This document shows, piece after piece, positions 17,739-23,975 of a stretch of DNA of 23,975 nucleotides (positions within the stretch are counted from its first letter, which is position 1; each line of letters starts with the position of its first letter). This DNA comes from an uncultured Pseudomonadota bacterium (GTDB lineage Bacteria; SAR324; NAC60-12): NCBI GenBank assembly GCA_913020725.1, contig CAJWCD010000043.1, forward strand, positions 1 through 23,975, read 5' to 3'. A model generated the notes under the pieces. It was not told where the DNA came from, did not search any database, and was given only the letters and a program-made list of their open reading frames with translations. A program made the translations under genes and the position numbers.

Positions 17739-17763
17739 CCCCCGCGCCTAGTAGGCACGGGGA
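17739..17763 (-). terminator. GC-rich hairpin downstream of the BMP gene (terminator or mRNA 3' stabiliser)
   Basis: Minus strand CCCCGTGCCT-ACT-AGGCGCGGGG about 30 nt after the stop; the downstream tail is pyrimidine-rich but has no clean U-tract. Confidence 0.45.
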
Positions 17764-17791
17764 CTCGTGAACGGGATTCAGGAAATCCGCA

Positions 17792-18859
17792 TCACTTGAT
17801 GGGGTACGCAGAGACGACGCCCTTGACGTGGTAAGCCATCGACTCGATGCCCTTCCGCTTCATGCCTGGGTCCACGGTGGAGCCATCCTGCTTGGTGAAG
17901 CCTACCGAGAAGGGGAAGTTCACGTCCATCTCGTCGTTGATCCACTTCATCTTGACGGTCTCGACATGGTTGACGACTGTGCCGGGCACGTTCGGTCCCC
18001 ACGGGGAGAGGCCCACGCAGTTTTCCTTCAGACCCCAAAACGGAGTCTCGACCTCGTAGTTGCCTGCCGCGACTTTGTCGAGGATGTGCTTGTAGAGGAC
18101 ATTCCAGTTGAACATCGGCCCTGTGGCATAGCGATCTGGACCAAAGGAGTTCATCGGTGCGTCGTTCCCCATGCCCCACAACGGCTGCGCGGCAGTAGAG
18201 TTTTTCTGGGCGAGGGTGATGACGTTGGGAGAGTCCGTGGTCGTAAAGAACACGTCCGCGCCCCACTCATGCACCGTCTTAGCGGCCTCCATGTCCTTCG
18301 GCGGATCAAACCAAGAGTTGATCCAGATCACGTTCACCTCCACATTCGGGTTGACCGACTGTGCCCCCAAGGTCAGCGCGTTGATGTTGGAGATGATCTC
18401 CGGAATCGGGTGCGAACCGACCACTCCGATCTTGTTGGTCTTGGTCAACATGCCTGCCGCGATGCCTGCGAGGTAGCGTGCCTGATACAAGCGGCAGTTG
18501 TAGTTGTCCATGTTCGCAGCGGTCTTGTAGCCCGTGGCGTGCATGAACAGCGTGTCCGCATGTTTCTTGGCGACTTTCGCCATTGGGTCCATGTACCCGA
18601 AGGAGGTGCCAAACACGACATCGTGCTTGCGGGCGAGCTTGCGGAAGACTCGCTCAGAGTCCGCTTCCACGACCATCTCCACAAACGTGGACTTGTAACC
18701 GTACTTTTCAAGGGACTTGAAACCCTGATAGTGTCGCATGGACCAGCCGCCGTCATTCTTGGGGCCGACGAGCACAAACCCAAGCGAAGGCTTGTCCGCC
18801 AGCGCCTGCGAAGCGGCAAGCAGGCCGAGCGTGAGGAGAATGGATAGGATCTTCTTCAT
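17792..18859 (-). CDS. BMP family (PnrA/Med-like) substrate-binding protein, probably for purines or nucleosides
   Basis: Signal peptide ending ASQALA; GFVLVGPKNDGGWS, GTSFGYM, HATGYK, RYLAGIAAG.LTKTNKIG, INALTLGA, INSWFDP; SD AGGAG upstream. Confidence 0.92.
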   Translation of the reverse strand: MKKILSILLTLGLLAASQALADKPSLGFVLVGPKNDGGWSMRHYQGFKSLEKYGYKSTFVEMVVEADSERVFRKLARKHDVVFGTSFGYMDPMAKVAKKHADTLFMHATGYKTAANMDNYNCRLYQARYLAGIAAGMLTKTNKIGVVGSHPIPEIISNINALTLGAQSVNPNVEVNVIWINSWFDPPKDMEAAKTVHEWGADVFFTTTDSPNVITLAQKNSTAAQPLWGMGNDAPMNSFGPDRYATGPMFNWNVLYKHILDKVAAGNYEVETPFWGLKENCVGLSPWGPNVPGTVVNHVETVKMKWINDEMDVNFPFSVGFTKQDGSTVDPGMKRKGIESMAYHVKGVVSAYPIK

Positions 18860-18896
18860 GAGGTCTCCTGTGGTTGTGGCCTCAAAGGAGGCCGAT

Positions 18897-19811
18897 TCAG
18901 TAAGATTGGCTCAAGCGCCAAAGCAAGTACTCCCCCGATCCAATGGGAGGATACCTCGCGGGATTGTCCGGAGTCTGGCAAGATTCCAGACAGCGGATTT
19001 CTGCATGATAGTTCGGATGGCAGAAGAATGCCAGCGAGTAACGCGATTGCTGCTGTTTTAGGTCTTGGGGCAGCACGACGCGATGCGGCGTGGAGCAAAA
19101 CACATCGTTGCTCCAGCGGGCCAAAAGATCGCCGCCGTTGACCAACACCGTGTCCGGAATGCAAGGGGCCGGAACCCATTCCCCGTCGCGGTTGCGCACC
19201 TCCAATCCCCCCTTGTCGTCCTGCAACAGCAGGGTGTGCGTGCCGTAGTCCGTGTGCGCCCCGGCCCGCAGTTGTCCGGGTTTGACCGCCTCCGGATTTT
19301 GCAACGGCGGGTAGTGCAGCACGCGCATGATGTTTGACTCGCCAAGCTCGTGCCGTTCTTGCAGAAAACCTGCGGGCAACTCCAAGCCCACCTCAAAGGT
19401 GGCCAGCACCCGTGCGGACATGCGCAAACACGCCGCGTAAAATTCCTGCAGCGCCTCCTGAAACGCAGGCAGCGCCTCGGGCCACGGATTCGGATGCTCC
19501 GGATTGCCCTCGCGTCCCATGTTGTACGCCTCTTTGAGATCGCCCGGCGCAGTCGGATCCACGCTCTCGCGCTCAACGGCGGTGTAGCCCCGGTTGCTGG
19601 CCTCGCTCGTCCAGCCGCACCGCTCCTTCTGGGCTTGTGGAAGTTCGAAGAATTGGCGGGCTTCCGCGAACACCCGATCCCGTGCAGCAAACTCGGTCAG
19701 CAAGTTTTTGGCGTACATGAAGCCGATGGTCGTGTAGGCCTCCCGGACTTCCTGAGCAACAAGGGCAGGGTCTTGCGAAAAATCAATGATGGGGATGGTC
19801 GCTGTGGACAT
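18897..19811 (-). CDS. Isopenicillin N synthase-like (DIOX_N + 2OG-FeII_Oxy) dioxygenase
   Basis: IPIIDF, GFMY..N, NRGY, DLKEAY, RVLHYPP, GAHTDYG, GGLEV, VNGGDLL.RWSN, STPHRV, RYSLAFF. Confidence 0.93.
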   Translation of the reverse strand: MSTATIPIIDFSQDPALVAQEVREAYTTIGFMYAKNLLTEFAARDRVFAEARQFFELPQAQKERCGWTSEASNRGYTAVERESVDPTAPGDLKEAYNMGREGNPEHPNPWPEALPAFQEALQEFYAACLRMSARVLATFEVGLELPAGFLQERHELGESNIMRVLHYPPLQNPEAVKPGQLRAGAHTDYGTHTLLLQDDKGGLEVRNRDGEWVPAPCIPDTVLVNGGDLLARWSNDVFCSTPHRVVLPQDLKQQQSRYSLAFFCHPNYHAEIRCLESCQTPDNPARYPPIGSGEYLLWRLSQSY

Positions 19812-20035
19812 TAATCTCTTTCATGTCTGATTCCCCACAACTTGTTTCGTTAAGCAAGGCGAGGGCGGTTGCTCTCGATGGAGAAGCATTCAGGAGTCAG
19901 GCTCCTTCATTCTGACTTCTGACTTCTTTTTTCTGATCTGGCACTGTTCTGGCTTTTACTTGTGGATGTGAGTTGCAGACGATAGAGTTCCGCCATGCAC
20001 TTTGCAACGCAAGCGCAAATCTCAAAGGATCATTG

Positions 20036-21145
20036 ATGTTCCGGATCAAACCCGTTTTTCTGCTGCTGCCCGCCTTCGTGTTCCTGCAAGGAGCCGTTTC
20101 GGAGACGTATGCGCTCAACTGCTCGGCACAAACCGTCAAGGCCGCGGTCGAATCCGGTTGGGAGCCGAGCATGATCGCCGCGATCTGCCCGCAGTACAAA
20201 GCGACACTCGCGACAATGGAGGCCAAGGCCAAACTCGACCCAGAACCGGAGGCCCCCCCAGCCCCACGACCCCAACCTCCGGCTCCGCAAGTGGTTGCGG
20301 CTCCGTCTGCTGCTCTTCAGACCGTGCAGGGTTGTAGCGATTATGACCGGGCCGACATGGTTTTGGTGGGCATCAAGCGCGAGGTCATCTTGGAGCTTTG
20401 CGGCGATCCCCGCCCCCTCCGTAGGCGCACACGAATGGTCCCGACAGCCCAACCAACTCCTGCTCCGCAAGCTGCGGAACCGCCGCCGGCACCCGTGGCA
20501 CCTCCGGAACCAGCCCCCAAAGTCATGGAACCGGAACCCGAACCCATGCCGGAACCCGAACCCACTCCCGAACCCGAACCTTCCGAGCCGGAAACCCCAT
20601 CGTCCACTCTGGAGGTCAAGCACCGGATTGGCCTTGGCTTCGGCCTCCACACCGGGACGCATGCCTATACCGGCACTTCGACAGCCCTGTCCGGATCACA
20701 ACTTTTTCTGCCCTACTACTTCTACCATTTCGATGAGAATCTCCTGTTCGGTGCGCAGTTGCGCAAGCTGACATTAGAAGGTAGCGGTTCAAACCGTTCC
20801 GTAAGCTACGAACTTCTAGGTCTCACCGCCTCTGCAGGATACCTCTGGCTTTGGAACGACTTCCGGATTGGCGGGCAGGGCTTTTACGGATTGGCGTCCG
20901 CAGAGCTTAGCTATAGCGAAAACAACAGCGACTTTCCAAGATTTGATGTCAACGCCGAACACTATGGTATCGAAGGAGTGGCGCTGTACGATTTCTCGGA
21001 CTCGCTACATGTTGGTGCAACCATCGATTACGCCTTTAGTGGTCTCTTATTTAGTAGCGGCCTGAAACTCGGCTACACTGACGGCACTAGTGCTATCATC
21101 ACCCCCGGATTTGGCTACGCCGTGCTAGTGGGCTACGGGTTTTAG
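20036..21145 (+). CDS. Outer membrane beta-barrel protein with N-terminal Cys-pair modules and Pro-rich linkers
   Basis: Start revised to ATG 20036 (SD AAAGGA); signal peptide; two C-x21-C modules; PA/EP-rich spacers; about 8 amphipathic strands ending YAVLVGYGF (BAM-type terminal Phe). Confidence 0.78.
   Translation: MFRIKPVFLLLPAFVFLQGAVSETYALNCSAQTVKAAVESGWEPSMIAAICPQYKATLATMEAKAKLDPEPEAPPAPRPQPPAPQVVAAPSAALQTVQGCSDYDRADMVLVGIKREVILELCGDPRPLRRRTRMVPTAQPTPAPQAAEPPPAPVAPPEPAPKVMEPEPEPMPEPEPTPEPEPSEPETPSSTLEVKHRIGLGFGLHTGTHAYTGTSTALSGSQLFLPYYFYHFDENLLFGAQLRKLTLEGSGSNRSVSYELLGLTASAGYLWLWNDFRIGGQGFYGLASAELSYSENNSDFPRFDVNAEHYGIEGVALYDFSDSLHVGATIDYAFSGLLFSSGLKLGYTDGTSAIITPGFGYAVLVGYGF
20528..20596 (+). 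repeat. Imperfect coding tandem repeat (CCSGAA units, 18-bp period) encoding EPEPEPMPEPEPTPEPEPSEPET
   Basis: CCGGAACCCGAACCCATG CCGGAACCCGAACCCACT CCCGAACCCGAACCTTCC read directly from the sequence. Confidence 0.85.
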
Positions 21146-21261
21146 CACAAGCAGGAGCTTTCCCTGATTCCACCTTCAATCAAAAAAAACTTGTATTGCA
21201 AATGAAGATGTAGTAAAAGTACAGGAAAATCCCTCCTCATGCCAAACTCCCGGACCCGTTT

Positions 21262-23697
21262 ATGCACCGGAGATGCGCCTTTCTATGTGTTGCCCTGTTG
21301 TTTGGTCTCGCTGCCTGTGGTGGTGATGGCGTGGGCAAGGTCGGTGGCCGCCAACCCGGAGCAGCGGCAGCGTCCCCCGCGCTTGGTGGACTCGCTTCTG
21401 GCCTCTTGAGCCACCTCAGCAGCCAACTCTCCGGCATTTCCTTTTTCCGCACCCCTGCAGACTCCTCTGGTCGTACTGATCATGAAGGAGGTGAGTTTTG
21501 GATAAGAGTTCCCCCTCTGGAACTTCTCCGCAGCGCCAACCAAACCAGCCTGAGCAGCACCCAGATCGAGGCTCTCGTCAGTGCTGCCTCCACATCACTG
21601 GTCAATGCTGGAATCGGCGATTCTGCGGACCTCATCGAAATCCTGCCCCAACTGTTGGAAGGCGCAGGCAGCGGACTCGGCACGCTCTCCACACTCTCCA
21701 CTGCCGACCGCCTCGCCGTCCTCAAGGCGCTGGGCAGCACGGGCAGCAACTCGCTGTCCGGACGGCGTGACTACCTCGATAGCGCCTCCGCCACCTCCGG
21801 TCAGACGGCACTGGAAACGCTGCTGGGCAAGGTCTCGCAACGCCTCACCGGAACCCTTGGCAACACCGGGATTGGTCTGAGCGAGCTGGACAACGCCTCC
21901 GGGGTGCTGCTTGCAGGAATGACCTCCGGGTTTGCGAGCGGGGGCGTTTCCTCCGAGGAAACAGGCGGGGCGCTCACGCAGGCGGTCGCGGGCGGCACTG
22001 CCGGACTCGGCGATCTCACGCTGGCCGGACACGACAGTACCAGCGTCAAAGATGCACTCGGCGCGATCACCAGCGAAGTCACCGCCAGTCTGGGCACGCT
22101 CCCCGGACACGATTCCAGCCTCGTCGCCGCTCGCCTCAAGCTGCTCACTCAGGGGGCGGCAGAGGGCATCGGCAGCTTGCGCAGCAGCAGTTCGCGTTCT
22201 GCCAGCCGCATCACCCTCAGCGACAACGACACCCTCACACTCACCAGCACCGTCGCCCAAAAAGCGGTGGCCGCGCTGGGACGCATTGACAATGTCAGTT
22301 CCGACAGCCTCTCCTCCTTCGTTTCCGCCGTCACCGAGGGCGTGATCGAAAACCTCGGCAAGACGGGTGCGACAGGCACCGACGCGCTCAGTTTGCTCAC
22401 CAACGCCGTCATCGCAAGCGCGGTGGATGGGCTGGATGAAATCACGATGACGGGCTACGACGCGGACGATTTGGAGGACATGGTGGGCGGCATCACCGCT
22501 GGAGCGACCAAAGGACTGGGCGGGTTGAGCGCATCCGGGGTGGACGCCGCCGCCATGCCGGCGATGCTCAAGACCATCACCAAAGCCGCCTCGCAGGGCT
22601 TGAACCGTCTGGACTCCACGCTGCTCGACAACGCTTCCAAATTGTCCGGACTGCTCAACCGCATCACCTCCTCCACGGTGGATGCCCTGCAAAATGTCAG
22701 CATCTCCGGATTTGATCCGAGCGATGCCATCACCTTGAAAAATCTCGTGCAGGAGGTGATCTCCGGAGCCACCGAAGCGCTGGACAACCTCACCCTCGCC
22801 AAACAGGATTCCAGCTTTGATCTCCAAACCTCCCTCACCCAAATCGCCACCGGTGCCGTGGGTGGTGCCAAGAGCATCACACAGGACACCGCCACCCTCA
22901 GCGACTTGCAGGACACCGCCACCAAAATCCTGCAAATCAAGAAGGATCAACTTAAGCAGTTCGACACCAGCAACGTCAACGTTCAAAACCTCGACATGAC
23001 GGCACCGACCCTTGACGGGGTCACTCCAGTGGACAATGCGACCAACTTCTTTATCCGGGGCGTGGACGCCTGGAGCGAGGATCCCGTCACCGTGAGTTTC
23101 AGCGAGCGCATGGACCGCCGTTCGGTGAATCGCAAGAACCTGCTCGTGCGCGGTCCACAGGGGCTCGTACCCGGAACCCTCTCCGTGACCACCACCGACA
23201 ACAAAACCATCGTCCGCTTCCGGCCCACGTCCCCCCTGCGCTACCGCACCCGCTACGTCCTCCAGATCCGCAAGCACCTGCGGGACATATCCGGAAACCG
23301 GCTGCCACAGGATAATCTCAGCAGTTTTGAAACGGAATATCCCCTCGATTTCTGGGCAAACGCCCACGTTCCCTCCATCCTTGAATACCTGACGGCCAGC
23401 CGCATCCACTCCAGCGACAACTGCACTCAGCGGTGTTACGTCGCTGAAGCCCGCATTGTGGACACCGACCCGTGGGGGGAACTCCAGCGCACTTGGCGCC
23501 TGGACAACCAGACGCTGTCGGAAGATTTTGCACTCATGCTCAGTGACACCCGGCGCGGTGATGCCAAGACCGAGGGGATTTCTGCGGTCTTGCTCGACAA
23601 CGCTTCCGGGGTCTTGCGGCTCACCGTCACGGGGCCGGACAACCTCTCCGTTTCCGGAACACTCGTGCTGCCGGATCACCTAAACGAGGCGCTATGA
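21262..23697 (+). CDS. Large surface lipoprotein: Gly/Ser/Ala/Thr-rich helical repeats, SbsA-type Ig-like (Big_5) domain, C-terminal beta domain
   Basis: Lipobox LAA-C followed by GG; about 30-aa helical repeats; Big_5-like pattern TAPTL..VTP.DNAT..VSFSERMD..FRPTSPL..TRY..RDISGN.L..FET at about 22999-23335. Confidence 0.82.
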   Translation: MHRRCAFLCVALLFGLAACGGDGVGKVGGRQPGAAAASPALGGLASGLLSHLSSQLSGISFFRTPADSSGRTDHEGGEFWIRVPPLELLRSANQTSLSSTQIEALVSAASTSLVNAGIGDSADLIEILPQLLEGAGSGLGTLSTLSTADRLAVLKALGSTGSNSLSGRRDYLDSASATSGQTALETLLGKVSQRLTGTLGNTGIGLSELDNASGVLLAGMTSGFASGGVSSEETGGALTQAVAGGTAGLGDLTLAGHDSTSVKDALGAITSEVTASLGTLPGHDSSLVAARLKLLTQGAAEGIGSLRSSSSRSASRITLSDNDTLTLTSTVAQKAVAALGRIDNVSSDSLSSFVSAVTEGVIENLGKTGATGTDALSLLTNAVIASAVDGLDEITMTGYDADDLEDMVGGITAGATKGLGGLSASGVDAAAMPAMLKTITKAASQGLNRLDSTLLDNASKLSGLLNRITSSTVDALQNVSISGFDPSDAITLKNLVQEVISGATEALDNLTLAKQDSSFDLQTSLTQIATGAVGGAKSITQDTATLSDLQDTATKILQIKKDQLKQFDTSNVNVQNLDMTAPTLDGVTPVDNATNFFIRGVDAWSEDPVTVSFSERMDRRSVNRKNLLVRGPQGLVPGTLSVTTTDNKTIVRFRPTSPLRYRTRYVLQIRKHLRDISGNRLPQDNLSSFETEYPLDFWANAHVPSILEYLTASRIHSSDNCTQRCYVAEARIVDTDPWGELQRTWRLDNQTLSEDFALMLSDTRRGDAKTEGISAVLLDNASGVLRLTVTGPDNLSVSGTLVLPDHLNEAL

Positions 23698-23703
23698 AAA
23701 ATG

Positions 23704-23775
23704 TTCACCACAGAGGCGCAGAGGACACAGAGGCTTGTTTGCAAATTATTTTTTCTCTGCGATCTCTGTGGTGAA
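23704..23775. repeat. REP-like intergenic palindrome built from CACAGAG/CGCAGAG units
   Basis: Perfect 12-bp inverted repeat TTCACCACAGAG (23704-23715) / CTCTGTGGTGAA (23764-23775), inner CGCAGAG / CTCTGCG pair, AT-rich loop. Confidence 0.8.
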
Positions 23776-23844
23776 TCAACAGTTTTTTGGCGGGGTTCCT
23801 TTGAGAATCCCGTTTTTTTGAACCCTCCCAACGAAAGAGGGAGC

Positions 23845-23975
23845 ATGCGCAAGCAAACCACCCACGGACTCATCGCGGCCCTCGCCGCGCTCCTGCTGCT
23901 CGCAGGCTGCGGCAGCCCGTAGAACTCTGCAGAGAGCGGCTCAGGGCCTGCCAGCACCGGAACTCTTGACACTGC
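23845..23975 (+). pseudogene. 5' end of a lipoprotein gene interrupted by an in-frame TAG
   Basis: SD GAGGGAG, then MRKQTTHGLIAALAALLLLAG-CGSP, TAG at 23920-23922, then NSAESGSGPASTGTLDT open to the window edge. Confidence 0.6.

Noticed and set aside
17828..18847. 339-aa plus-strand ORF
   Set aside because: Antisense shadow of the well-supported BMP gene; no recognisable motifs.
20528..20596. Repeats as a CRISPR array
   Set aside because: In-frame Glu-Pro coding repeats with no unique spacers; no cas genes in the window.
21191..21219. Sigma70 promoter for the large lipoprotein (TTGTAT-17-TAAAAG)
   Set aside because: AT-rich and plausibly placed, but the -10 lacks the conserved final T; too weak to call.
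21595..23679. 694-aa minus-strand ORF
   Set aside because: Antisense shadow of the lipoprotein gene, expected from high-GC codon bias.
23676..23972. 98-aa minus-strand ORF and the 23701 start of the 73-aa plus-strand ORF
   Set aside because: Both read through the REP-like palindrome; the credible start is ATG 23845 with an SD and signal peptide.

Overview
Gram-negative bacterial chromosomal window, mostly about 60% GC; the protein style suggests a marine deltaproteobacterial or SAR324-like genome, which is inference only. Gene order: partial membrane-anchored ORF (-); polA (+); two small envelope genes (-); a sigma70-driven Dpp/Opp-type ABC transporter operon followed by an amidase and a PhzF/DapF-fold isomerase; a divergent pair of related Fe(II)/2OG-oxygenase-type genes, the left one a truncated remnant; a minus-strand zapA, 6S RNA (ssrS), xerD-like unit; an acidic hypothetical protein plus rbgA; a PilX-like orphan; an IPNS-family 2OG oxygenase plus a BMP-family binding protein; and surface-protein genes (a Pro-rich beta-barrel protein, an 811-aa repeat lipoprotein, a REP-like palindrome, and a lipoprotein start broken by an in-frame TAG). 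Main observations: (1) all 12 DN dipeptides of the 811-aa lipoprotein are D-N-x-S/T, suggesting an N-glycosylation system with an unusual Asp(-1) sequon; (2) the XerD-like gene is full length but four of six catalytic positions are altered, and it starts 14 nt after 6S RNA; (3) an ABC, amidase, deviant PhzF and 2OG-oxygenase catabolic cluster of unknown substrate; (4) a possible mosaic or misassembly junction inside polA. No CRISPR array, rRNA, tRNA or IS element was seen. All counts are by hand and no database searches were run.
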